A DNA stretch of 64,000 nt, taken from a virus. The notes under the pieces were generated by a model. That model saw only the letters and a program-made list of their open reading frames with translations, was not told the origin of the DNA and ran no database searches. Both the position numbers and the translations under genes were made by a program. The stretch lies in the IMG/VR virus record IMGVR_UViG_3300030107_004732, positions 21,246 to 85,245 of that record; one strand, written 5' to 3'. This document shows positions 1-9,074 of this stretch, one piece after another. Within the stretch, counting starts at the first letter, position 1. Every line of letters starts with the position of its first letter.

Positions 1-1455
1 TATAGTATCATCATGCCCCATTCTTGGACCAAATGTAAAAATTTCATGTTGTAAATCATAATGATCTTTTCTTACAAACATACTTCTTATTGCAAATCTT
101 TGTGCTAATATTTCTTGTATTCTATCTCTTTTACTCATTCTATTTCCTGGCTTTTCAGCACAATATTTAACACTAAAATCATTCTTTCTTCTCATTTCTG
201 AAACCAATGCTTGAAAGACTGGTTTAGACATAGTAGTGTCTTCAATGGTAAAAAGAGAAGGGTGATAAATTTTGTTATAATCAAATAAATGATCCACAAT
301 CCCTTTTTTACCAGTTCCAGGAATCCCCAAAACAGGTAATGACCTATTACGAAGATAGTCAAGAACATAGCAATTATTGTCACTATCAATAGCGACCATG
401 ATGATAACACTAAAGTCAGTATCTCTTCTAGCGCTATCCGTAGCTGGGTCAACGCCCGCAAAGACATTAACAGGTTTTTCAGTTCCGTCTTCAAGTATGA
501 CGTAGTTAATCCCAGTATCTTCATCATGTTTAAATCTTCCATCCCAAAACTGTAAATGATCTCTTGTAAAAATAGCATCTTCACTATTTTGTACTTCCAT
601 CATATACTCTTGATAAAACTTTTGTGGCTGACCTGAATCGGCATAGAACTTCTTTTTACGTTCCATTTCTTTTTTTCCAAACCAACCAGGCCATAAAGAT
701 GAACCATCTGGCTGTAAAGCTTTATAACTTATCACATGCCAACTATATTTTTCACCTTGTTTAACAGCTTTTTCTTTACCCACAAGTATATTTTGTATAA
801 AGGAGTCAAAGTGAACAGGAGTTCCATTGATCCTAAGCCTACCCGTATGAGGCTCAAGAGCAGGGAAAACAACTGCGGTAACAAGATTCGCAATTTTAGC
901 ACGAGACTCAGACGTAATGGTATTATTTTCATCTTCAAAGTCGTCAAGAACAATGAGGTCATATCTTTTATGGAGTTTAGCTCCTCCTCTAATGCCTGAC
1001 AAATTTGATTTTGATATGAGTTTACATCCATTTGTTAGCTCTATATCGTCTTCTGTCCATTTCTTACCTTTTAAATTACCGAAATAATACGAAACTTTTT
1101 CATTATATTCCAAATGGTATTTTATATAATCCAAATTAGGTACACTGATTTTAGACGATGCGGCTACCCATCCATAAAATAAAGGGCTTGTAGCAAAACA
1201 AAAATCTCTCATAATACTACATTTAGTTAATACTGTTTTACCATGTCCTCTAGGCAGAATAACAGCTAACTGTCTTTTATCCATATCCATTAAAGAATCT
1301 GCTACCTCATAATGAAAAAAGGGAGTTTCACTTCTCATAAAATCGTCTGCTAAAAATAATTTACCAAATGAAATCATGTCTTTTTGTGCAAGCATAAGAG
1401 CTTCTTCTGCCTTGCTAACGTTTTCTTTATTTATATTTAAGTTATATTTTGACAT
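1..1455 (-). CDS. terL: Terminase large subunit, left-flank copy (3'-truncated by window edge; not in ORF track)
   Basis: Manual translation from ATG at 1455: MSKYNLNINKENVSKAEEAL...FMRSETPFFHYE...LPRGHGKT (Walker A)...LDDFEDE...GVDPATDS...GPRMGHDDTI; collinear with 52503..54059. Confidence 0.92.
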   Translation of the reverse strand, partial: MSKYNLNINKENVSKAEEALMLAQKDMISFGKLFLADDFMRSETPFFHYEVADSLMDMDKRQLAVILPRGHGKTVLTKCSIMRDFCFATSPLFYGWVAASSKISVPNLDYIKYHLEYNEKVSYYFGNLKGKKWTEDDIELTNGCKLISKSNLSGIRGGAKLHKRYDLIVLDDFEDENNTITSESRAKIANLVTAVVFPALEPHTGRLRINGTPVHFDSFIQNILVGKEKAVKQGEKYSWHVISYKALQPDGSSLWPGWFGKKEMERKKKFYADSGQPQKFYQEYMMEVQNSEDAIFTRDHLQFWDGRFKHDEDTGINYVILEDGTEKPVNVFAGVDPATDSARRDTDFSVIIMVAIDSDNNCYVLDYLRNRSLPVLGIPGTGKKGIVDHLFDYNKIYHPSLFTIEDTTMSKPVFQALVSEMRRKNDFSVKYCAEKPGNRMSKRDRIQEILAQRFAIRSMFVRKDHYDLQHEIFTFGPRMGHDDTI

Positions 1456-2606
1456 TAACGTTTATCATACATTAAATCTCTTAAAAGAGCTCCTGAAGCA
1501 GCCTTTGCATCAAATCCACCTTTATGAGAAAAAATTTGATTTTCAAATTGAACCATATTATCAGTTTGAGGTGTAAATCTAAAAACTTTAGTTATACTAT
1601 TTGGTCCAGAAATACGATTTAAATGTTCCCAACTATAAAATCTATGCTCTATACCTGATTGATGATCTCCTGCATCTTTTCCTTTCCAATGCGCATCAGT
1701 ATAATTACCAGAAGCAAATAAAACACCTTTTTCTGTAACATCTAATACAATCATAGAATGTTTACCAGATTCATTTCCAGCTCTTGCTGCAAAATCACCT
1801 TCTTCTCCCATAATAACCCAATCACCTGGTTGAGCATTTTGAAAAGAATTAGAAGGGTTTCCGTCACCAACAGTTGTCCAATGTTTCCAAGATTCAGAAG
1901 GATCTCCTTTGTTACCTTTTTGAATTGCGTCAATAATATAATTATTATTACTAGACCATTTATCTTCTGTTTTAGACCAAGGTAAATAATTAATTAGTCC
2001 AGCACCTGTATAAACTGCACATGCAGTATCAGCACATACTGAACCAGATCTTCCTTCTGGACCATCTTCACCAGGCATTAACGTAAAATGAGCTTTTCCG
2101 TCACCATAAGGAGATTCATAAATAGATTGTACCCCAGCTCTTTCTAAATAAGAGTTTACAATTTCTGCAGCATAAGGACTTGCTTCATCAAAATTAGCTA
2201 CACTTGTTCCATACATGTCTTTTGCAAGTTTTATTTCTACTTGTCTTTTAATTTCACGCATATGCACTTTATTATCTTTCATACCTTTTATAAAATAATA
2301 AAAATCATTAGTTTTGACTTGATTTAATTTTTTAGGGTTTTTTTCTAATTTGTTATGATCTACTAAAATATTATAAGCTATATTATCAATATCAATTGAA
2401 TATATTGATTTAAAGTCATTATCTGAACTATAAACAGGATAACTCCCTCCAAAAGTAAGTTCAGTTTCAGGAAACTCGTCAGGATGACGGCCTATAACCA
2501 TATTAGCCATACCTAGCCCAGAAGCTACAGCAGTTGATGCTTCTGAAAGCCTCCTTCTAGCTTCAGTTGTCCCTGCTTGCATTAGTACATCAAGTAACCC
2601 AGGCAT
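1455..2606 (-). CDS. Protein with putative C-terminal NlpC/P60/CHAP-like cysteine hydrolase domain
   Basis: 383-aa ORF; VCADTAC (candidate catalytic Cys), PGDWVIM, KHSMIV (His) in papain-like order. Confidence 0.5.
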   Translation of the reverse strand: MPGLLDVLMQAGTTEARRRLSEASTAVASGLGMANMVIGRHPDEFPETELTFGGSYPVYSSDNDFKSIYSIDIDNIAYNILVDHNKLEKNPKKLNQVKTNDFYYFIKGMKDNKVHMREIKRQVEIKLAKDMYGTSVANFDEASPYAAEIVNSYLERAGVQSIYESPYGDGKAHFTLMPGEDGPEGRSGSVCADTACAVYTGAGLINYLPWSKTEDKWSSNNNYIIDAIQKGNKGDPSESWKHWTTVGDGNPSNSFQNAQPGDWVIMGEEGDFAARAGNESGKHSMIVLDVTEKGVLFASGNYTDAHWKGKDAGDHQSGIEHRFYSWEHLNRISGPNSITKVFRFTPQTDNMVQFENQIFSHKGGFDAKAASGALLRDLMYDKR

Positions 2607-2800
2607 TAATAACTCTTATCTTTTTTTAATTGAGCTAACTCTTCATCTGTTATTGATCCATCAATTAGTCTATCAATAATATTTAATATTTGCGCTTGAG
2701 GCATGAATGCTTTTCCTACAGGTGAGTTAATAATATCAAATATTTGATCTGCAGAACTTCTTATATACTCATCAGTAACATCTAATTTCTTTGAAGCCAT
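2606..2800 (-). CDS. Hypothetical protein
   Basis: 64-aa ORF tightly coupled to both neighbours. Confidence 0.6.
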   Translation of the reverse strand: MASKKLDVTDEYIRSSADQIFDIINSPVGKAFMPQAQILNIIDRLIDGSITDEELAQLKKDKSY

Positions 2801-3532
2801 TTATTCTCCTATCTCTTTTGGCCTTTCAGCCTCTACTAAGTGTTTGTCTGCAAACCCCTGAAATAATGCTCCTGATACCTGAGTAACAGTAGTTTTGTTC
2901 TTATCTTCTAAATCCATAATATCCGATAATTTAAACAATGCTTTTAGTCTAGTTTCATCTTTCTCAGATGTTAATGCAATATTGTTAATGTTTTCAAGTA
3001 CAGCTTTTTCATCTATACCTATTTCTTTTAATATAGGCTTTAGTTCTTCTTTCATAGCCGTCATAATCCTTTTTGTTTTTACAAGTTGCGCAGATTTCTG
3101 TTTAGCATAACCAGGGCTATTTGTAGGAAAAGCCTTCATATAAGCTTCCTGTGGTGATAACCCAGATACAATATACCCAACGAATAGATGCTCATGCTTA
3201 CTTAGTACGGTCCGATCTAGCAGAACGTCTGCAGAGCTCTTATTCCCTCCAAAGGAATAAATATTGAGTCTGCGCGAAGTGTCCATCTTCGCCTTGGAGG
3301 TTACTGGAAAAGTCCCAGTGCACGTGCCAACGTATTCCCTAACCTTGTTCCGCCCTTTCGGCACGACCATCTTTCCTTTGCGCAATATTTGTATGTAACA
3401 GTTGTCATCAGCCTTTACCCAATCGCCTATATTAGCACTGCGCCAGTTACTTGCGATTTTTATACTGCTAGGTATTTCGCTAATGTCATCGAATACAGTA
3501 TGTTCTATTCTATTTACTTTATATACTCTCAT
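2801..3532 (-). CDS. Putative terminase small subunit, left-flank copy
   Basis: HTH-like AYMKAF..YAKQKSAQLV; paralog of 54052..54774, which directly precedes TerL. Confidence 0.7.
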   Translation of the reverse strand: MRVYKVNRIEHTVFDDISEIPSSIKIASNWRSANIGDWVKADDNCYIQILRKGKMVVPKGRNKVREYVGTCTGTFPVTSKAKMDTSRRLNIYSFGGNKSSADVLLDRTVLSKHEHLFVGYIVSGLSPQEAYMKAFPTNSPGYAKQKSAQLVKTKRIMTAMKEELKPILKEIGIDEKAVLENINNIALTSEKDETRLKALFKLSDIMDLEDKNKTTVTQVSGALFQGFADKHLVEAERPKEIGE

Positions 3533-3565
3533 AATAAACAGAGCCCCGTCAAGGGGCGGTAGGAA

Positions 3566-3742
3566 TCAAGCTTTAGCATAATCCTTACCTATTTTTATTA
3601 GTTGCATATCTTCTACAGTTAACTTATATACATTATCTTGAGTTATATCTATAATATCATCATCTTCTATTACTTCTTCCTGTATCCATTCTACAGTATC
3701 ACTATCTTCATCATATTTAATAGTTAGTATGTACTTTTTCAT
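3566..3742 (-). CDS. Small acidic hypothetical protein (58 aa; not in ORF track)
   Basis: Manual translation MKKYILTIKYDEDSDTVEWIQEEV...; positional and sequence counterpart of 54771..54986. Confidence 0.6.
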   Translation of the reverse strand: MKKYILTIKYDEDSDTVEWIQEEVIEDDDIIDITQDNVYKLTVEDMQLIKIGKDYAKA

Positions 3743-3747
3743 ATTGA

Positions 3748-3776
3748 AATTTATTAAATGGATTATTTAAAAGCAA
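3748..3776 (-). promoter_or_regulatory. Sigma70-like promoter TTGCTT-N17-TAAATT
   Basis: 17-nt spacer; closely similar element at 33513..33541. Confidence 0.6.
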
Positions 3777-3799
3777 CAATTATTTTAAAACGACTTTTG

Positions 3800-3819
3800 A
3801 AAATTGTGCAATTTTAGTG
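3800..3819. repeat. Junction motif AAAATTGTnnnATTTTAGTG, copy 1
   Basis: 17/20 identical to 55427..55446; same position between divergent arms. Confidence 0.6.
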
Positions 3820-3923
3820 CTTGGCTATATTACGCACCCCCGCCCCCCTTCGGGGGATTTCCAAATTTACTTTTTAGTTATTTTTGATTTATATTATTTC
3901 GTTAACTAACAAAAGGAGATCCG

Positions 3924-4292
3924 ATGGACGAGATCAAGAAAAAGATACTCGCAATTATCTTGCGAGGTATGGAAGCGCAGACTAACTGCGGTATCCAAGC
4001 TATGCAAATGCAAGCGATTAAAGGTAGAATGCCTAACTGGCAAGCACAACAGTTCATGACTAATAACAACCAAGCGTTGTTAGGGTTTGGAACGATGGCT
4101 CCCAACATATTAAATGGGACATTGCCTGCACAGCAAGGTAATCCTGAGTTGACTCAGCTTGTTGAGTTACTCAAGTCGTCAGACAAGGGGTCTAGCAAGA
4201 CAGATAAGAAGCTAGGTTACCTATCTAATGACATTAAGAACCTTACCGCAAGTGTTAAAGCATTAGTTGATTCACAACAACCTAAGCCGTAA
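3924..4292 (+). CDS. First early gene, Gln/Met-rich hypothetical protein
   Basis: 122 aa, AAAGGAG RBS, followed by a terminator. Confidence 0.75.
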   Translation: MDEIKKKILAIILRGMEAQTNCGIQAMQMQAIKGRMPNWQAQQFMTNNNQALLGFGTMAPNILNGTLPAQQGNPELTQLVELLKSSDKGSSKTDKKLGYLSNDIKNLTASVKALVDSQQPKP

Positions 4293-4313
4293 GCTTAACA
4301 GTTAACAGTAATT

Positions 4314-4333
4314 GGGGTCTTCGGGCCCCTTTT
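4314..4333 (+). terminator. Intrinsic terminator
   Basis: GGGGTC-TTCG-GGCCCC followed by TTTT. Confidence 0.7.
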
Positions 4334-4546
4334 ACCTATTTTATTACTAAAATAACTTAATATTTATACAAATACAGGCAAATATAGTGATATATGGTAT
4401 GATATAGACATACAGCAATATAGCCTGCTACAATGTATGCGTGTGTGTATGATATATATATAAACTTATACCACACATATAACAAGTATTTTGTTTTCTC
4501 CTAACCTATTAACGCCTAGTGTAAAAGCTAGGCAGAAAGGCATATC

Positions 4547-5044
4547 GTGATAGATATTAGCAATAAAGTCATTGGTACTTCATTAGGCCAATGCATTAGG
4601 GATATATTAGTTGGACATGTCAAGTTCACTGATGTAATAATGATATATTGTGGTACAAACATACAATCTCAAAGAGACCTTAATAAAGTAATTGATAGGT
4701 ATTCTAGAGATGTATGGGCTTTTCACAATGAAGAAGTAATTAGACAAGTGATAGATTATTTTCTATTTAGAGGTTTAATACAACAGGAAAGAGTTGGTAA
4801 TAACATTTATTATGGTTCTTATCCTAATCATACTAAACTTTGGTATAAACTATCAGACTTTGATGTTAAAATTCAAAAAGCGTTTACTGTAGTATTTAGC
4901 GCTAATTTGGATAATTCTGATAAAGGTGATATACCTGACGCTGATAAAAGACGCAATTCTTCAGTTAAAGAAGAGTTGGATGATTTAATATTAGCTAACG
5001 CAAAAATTTATGATGCTAAAAGAAGGAGGTGTTTAAATGATTAA
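4547..5044 (+). CDS. Hypothetical phage protein
   Basis: 165-aa ORF, co-oriented, overlaps next start. Confidence 0.65.
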   Translation: MIDISNKVIGTSLGQCIRDILVGHVKFTDVIMIYCGTNIQSQRDLNKVIDRYSRDVWAFHNEEVIRQVIDYFLFRGLIQQERVGNNIYYGSYPNHTKLWYKLSDFDVKIQKAFTVVFSANLDNSDKGDIPDADKRRNSSVKEELDDLILANAKIYDAKRRRCLND

Positions 5045-5411
5045 TATGATACCTATAAGAGATGATCATAAGAAAGTATTAGTGAGTGCTAAAGATATAA
5101 AAACTATCTTCACTTTTGAAAGAGAGCCACGTTCAGAGACATTAGAGCAAAGACTTGCTGCTAAAAGAAATAATGAACAAGTATATTGTATTAATATAAA
5201 ATATGATAGTTATTTTGAAGAAAATGGGATTGTTCTATCATATAGAAATGAATCAATACGAGATACGGTATTTGAGAGTATTTATAAAACATTAGACTCC
5301 CGATCTAATATAGTTGATAATAGTTCAACAAAGGCAATTGAGCCTGTGATGCGTAAAGATCCTAAGTTTACATTTTATGATGTATGTGTAGGAGGTGCTT
5401 TATATGAATGA
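5037..5411 (+). CDS. Hypothetical protein
   Basis: 124 aa, AGGAGG RBS. Confidence 0.65.
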   Translation: MINMIPIRDDHKKVLVSAKDIKTIFTFEREPRSETLEQRLAAKRNNEQVYCINIKYDSYFEENGIVLSYRNESIRDTVFESIYKTLDSRSNIVDNSSTKAIEPVMRKDPKFTFYDVCVGGALYE

Positions 5412-5619
5412 TATTTATACAGCAACATTATTGTTCCCAGATGGTCATTTAGAGGTCTGGGAGCATATTGTTTATAATTATGCAGATGCTAGAACAGTGC
5501 ATCTTTATTTAGAACTGTTTCGTCTTAATGGTGTGAAAATAGTAGATCAAACAAATGATAAACTACTATATATACCTAAAATAGTATCATCATATCAATT
5601 AAGGGGGATGTTACAATGA
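5395..5619 (+). CDS. Hypothetical protein
   Basis: Co-oriented ORF; true start probably the ATG at 5404 after GGAGG. Confidence 0.55.
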   Translation: MLYMNDIYTATLLFPDGHLEVWEHIVYNYADARTVHLYLELFRLNGVKIVDQTNDKLLYIPKIVSSYQLRGMLQ

Positions 5620-6179
5620 TAAGACTATTATTATTATTAAGTGTGTGTTATGGATATGTTAATCTTGACCTATTTGTAACACATGCTGCTAAACAGACTC
5701 ATAGTTTTGTACAATATGATGGGTCTTATTATGATATTGATTACCCAATGGGTGACATATCAAGAGATAAAGGTGTGTGTACTGATGTAATAATCAGAGC
5801 ATATCGTGATTGTTGTGGAGTAGATCTACAAGAGTTAGTGTACGTAGATATGATAAATAATAATCATTTATATGATACACCTTATGAGGTTGATAATAAT
5901 ATTGACCACAGAAGAGTAAAGAACTTAAGAGTATTCTTTGAGCATAACGGATATGTTAAGCCAAATGATGATGAGTTCTATCCAGGTGATATAATTACTT
6001 GGAACCTACGCAAAAGAGGTAGTTTACCTCATATAGGAATATTATCTCATTTATATAGTATAGATGGACATCCACTGGTTATCCACAATTCTGGTGGTGG
6101 TGTAGTTATTCAAGACATATTGTTTAAATATGATATAACTGGCCATTATGTATATCGTGGAGAAGGGAGAATAAGATAA
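5616..6179 (+). CDS. DUF1287 (YijF-like) protein, NlpC/P60-related, with signal-like N-terminus
   Basis: YPMGDISRDKGVCTDVIIRAYR, IDHRRVKNL, PGDIITW, PHIGI motifs. Confidence 0.85.
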   Translation: MIRLLLLLSVCYGYVNLDLFVTHAAKQTHSFVQYDGSYYDIDYPMGDISRDKGVCTDVIIRAYRDCCGVDLQELVYVDMINNNHLYDTPYEVDNNIDHRRVKNLRVFFEHNGYVKPNDDEFYPGDIITWNLRKRGSLPHIGILSHLYSIDGHPLVIHNSGGGVVIQDILFKYDITGHYVYRGEGRIR

Positions 6180-6180
6180 T

Positions 6181-6432
6181 ATGTTTAATCCTAACCAATT
6201 AAAGCTAGATACTACCATATTACAGTCTAGAACTGTTGGTAATCTAGTAGAAATATTAAGAGAAGGCTTAAAGTCTAATGATCCATTGATATTAAAAAAA
6301 ATGGTAAAGTATATACTTAAAGAAAGAGATAAATCTTTACATATGTACAGCACTAGATCAAAAGGTGGCCATAGAAAAACTACTGTTAATAAAAAAATAG
6401 AAACAATACAAAGGAGTAAAGATGATAATTAA
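6181..6432 (+). CDS. Hypothetical basic protein
   Basis: 83-aa ORF after GGAG. Confidence 0.55.
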   Translation: MFNPNQLKLDTTILQSRTVGNLVEILREGLKSNDPLILKKMVKYILKERDKSLHMYSTRSKGGHRKTTVNKKIETIQRSKDDN

Positions 6433-6896
6433 TATGATAAAATTATGTGCTTATACTTTAGCGATTGGCTTAACATTTGTTGGGGCATTTGCTATATTAT
6501 TCAATGTATTTATTAACATATAGGAGAAACTATGGATGAGGAACATGAGGCTTTTGAAGCAGCATTAGAAGATATGGGCTTAAATGATGCAATAGTATTT
6601 ATATTAGCCGATGAATATTATAATTTGTAACTAAAACAGGCTTTCTTTGTTGAGGACAATAGTAATGATACTAAGCAAATAAACAAAGGAGGTGTTATGA
6701 ATTATATTCGTGATAGTAGTAGTGTGGGATAACACTCATGCTACTGCTTGATCAAAAAATTATTAAACTTATCCTATACCAATGTTAACTTGCCCTTGGC
6801 TCATACCCAAGAAGGCGAGAGTCCTGAGATAACAACAGGTAAGGTATAGGAGCGCATTGCACGCATTGCAATACAACAATGAATAATGAAATAAAA

Positions 6897-7304
6897 TTGA
6901 GAGTTATGAAACAGGCCTGATCACCTGTGGATTAACGATGTGAAACCTGTAGAGCATTCTGGTGAGGAGTGTGCAGGTAGACTGTTAGGTGTGACCGCTA
7001 TAATATCAAGTGATGTTGTAGAACTAGTAGAGGCTAGAACAGTCGTAGAGCCAATATAAATGATAAGGGAATCCTTATCCAGTGGGTGTATATGTCTAGA
7101 GATAGACACTGAATACGGTAAGCAGGTCTTACATGAAAACAGATACACTATTTAGTCTATGGATTAACTACCCATATGTGACGACCTATCGGGGTAACCA
7201 GCCCTCATGGAGATAGGAGTAGCATACTTGATCACTCTTGTAGACGAAACACTGCCAATTAAAAATGGTATCTTGCGGGTGTCCCAAATCCCGCCACAAC
7301 TCAA
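6897..7304 (+). ncRNA. Candidate large structured ncRNA
   Basis: No + strand ORF, GC higher than flanks, closing GAGTT/AACTC pairing, several hairpins (ACAGG/CCTGT, GCGGG/CCCGC). Confidence 0.5.
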
Positions 7305-7334
7305 ATACTTTTAACCTACTAATCAAGGAGAATT

Positions 7335-7787
7335 ATGAATAAATTTACATGTGATATATGTGGAGACACATCTTATGGTCATTCACATAATACTCAACCA
7401 TTATTAAATGGACAATGTTGTGCACTATGTAATATGATATTTGTTACAGCATCTAGAATTACTGGTGTTGATTCATTAGATGAACAAATAGAATATATGA
7501 TGAAAATGAAAGATGAAGATGAACTACCTGATATGTTCTTAGAAGTTTTAGATAGAGTTCGTGACTATCAAGGTAAAATATTTCTAGAAGAAACAGCCAA
7601 AATATCTATAGAAGATCTAAACGCTAAATTAGATGAATTGGAAGAAGAGAAAGAAATAGAAAAGTTAAATATGTCAAAAGAAGAGATAATATATAACTTA
7701 AAAAAAGCATTTGACAATGCAATTAAAATAGAAGCTTATGAAGCTGCTGCATTTATTAAGAAAAGAATTGAGTCTCTAAAGAGTTGA
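7335..7787 (+). CDS. Zn-finger protein with C-terminal UVR-like motif
   Basis: CDIC...CCALC; C-terminus AIKIEAYEAAAFIKKRIESL. Confidence 0.65.
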   Translation: MNKFTCDICGDTSYGHSHNTQPLLNGQCCALCNMIFVTASRITGVDSLDEQIEYMMKMKDEDELPDMFLEVLDRVRDYQGKIFLEETAKISIEDLNAKLDELEEEKEIEKLNMSKEEIIYNLKKAFDNAIKIEAYEAAAFIKKRIESLKS

Positions 7788-7987
7788 TTGGTAGGAGAAC
7801 AACTGATCTGTAGTTGGCTTGACAAGTGCCCTATACTAAACTGCAGATATAGCACCCATCATCGATAGGAATACCTAAGGCAAATTGCACTGCATGAGCT
7901 GTTGGTGGGTGCTGAGATTTGTATATCATTTACTATAAATATAATGAAAATAAGAAAAAACATAGAAAAAATATGGAGGATATTAAA

Positions 7988-8488
7988 ATGGGCTTTGATT
8001 TAAGTGGTGTTAATCCACAAATAAATAAACCTGAATCTGAATATAAATACTTTAAAGAAGATAGTGAATTATGGATGTCAGACGACAAAAAAGAACGTGA
8101 AAAATACTTTAAAGAAATGGATGATTACCATGAAAATAATCCAGGAGTATATTTTCGCAATAATGTTTGGTGGTGGAGACCATTATGGTCTTATGTTATC
8201 AATTTATGTGACGATATACTTACAGATGATGATATGGAACATGGATCATATAATAATGGACATGAAATATCTCAAGAAAAAGCATATAAAATAGGTTTAA
8301 GACTATTAAAAGACATAGATTCAGGTAAAACTGCTGTTTATGAAGAATTACACACAAAAAATAATGCAGAATTAAGTCAATCTAGCGATAAAGATGCGGC
8401 ATTTATGTCTAATTATCCATTTGATGTAGATAATGTAAGAAATTTTGCTAATTTCTGCTTACAATCAGGAGGTTTTACAATATGTTAA
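7988..8488 (+). CDS. Conserved phage protein (YFRNNVWWWRPLW type), copy A
   Basis: Paralog of 60418..60930; GGAGG RBS before ATG 7988. Confidence 0.8.
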   Translation: MGFDLSGVNPQINKPESEYKYFKEDSELWMSDDKKEREKYFKEMDDYHENNPGVYFRNNVWWWRPLWSYVINLCDDILTDDDMEHGSYNNGHEISQEKAYKIGLRLLKDIDSGKTAVYEELHTKNNAELSQSSDKDAAFMSNYPFDVDNVRNFANFCLQSGGFTIC

Positions 8489-8798
8489 CATTTTACCCAG
8501 TAAAAACTGAAGAAGAACTAATAACTGAGCTTCATCATGTAAGAAATGATATTGCTTTATTAAAAATAAGGCAAAATAAGATAATTGATGAACTTGTAAC
8601 ATTAAAAGGAGATAAAGATGCCAAAAACTAAGAAAACTAGAGATCCAATAGATGAAATTGATAATATATTAAAAACTATAGATAAATTAGAAGGTAATAT
8701 GGATATTTTAAACACAAATATGCAACATGCTATTGATTTACAGGAAGAAATAGGAAGAGATTTAGACAAGATTAAAAAAAGGATGGGATTATGATAAA

Positions 8799-9074
8799 TT
8801 GGATGAATCTTTGTGTATATGGTGGAATATTTCTACTTGGAATGATAATGTGGTATTATATAGTGAAATGGTGGTTCTAATGGATATATTTGAACTAGAA
8901 AAAAACAATGTAGTACTTAAAAGAACTGTAAGATACCTTGATGGTGAAATAAAAGAAATAGTAGAAAAACAAATATTAAGTAACCTAACCAAGATTGATA
9001 ATTTCTTTGATGATTTAGAAAGAGAATATCAGTCTATTAACTCTTATGAAGAAGGAGGCCAAAATGGCAACTAA
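8799..9074 (+). CDS. Hypothetical protein
   Basis: ORF overlapping the Ubl start; start codon uncertain. Confidence 0.5.
   Translation: MDESLCIWWNISTWNDNVVLYSEMVVLMDIFELEKNNVVLKRTVRYLDGEIKEIVEKQILSNLTKIDNFFDDLEREYQSINSYEEGGQNGN

Noticed and set aside
192-1031. Track ORFs 192..584, 732..1031 and 736..999
   Set aside because: Shadow frames of the window-truncated TerL (1..1455, - strand)
4430-4480. GTGTGTGT/ATATAT run as a CRISPR or microsatellite
   Set aside because: Too short, with no repeat-spacer periodicity
6897-7304. tRNA, tmRNA or hammerhead ribozyme
   Set aside because: No T-loop/CCA or tmRNA ends; CTGATCA and GACGAAAC are not arranged as a CUGAUGA/GAAA core
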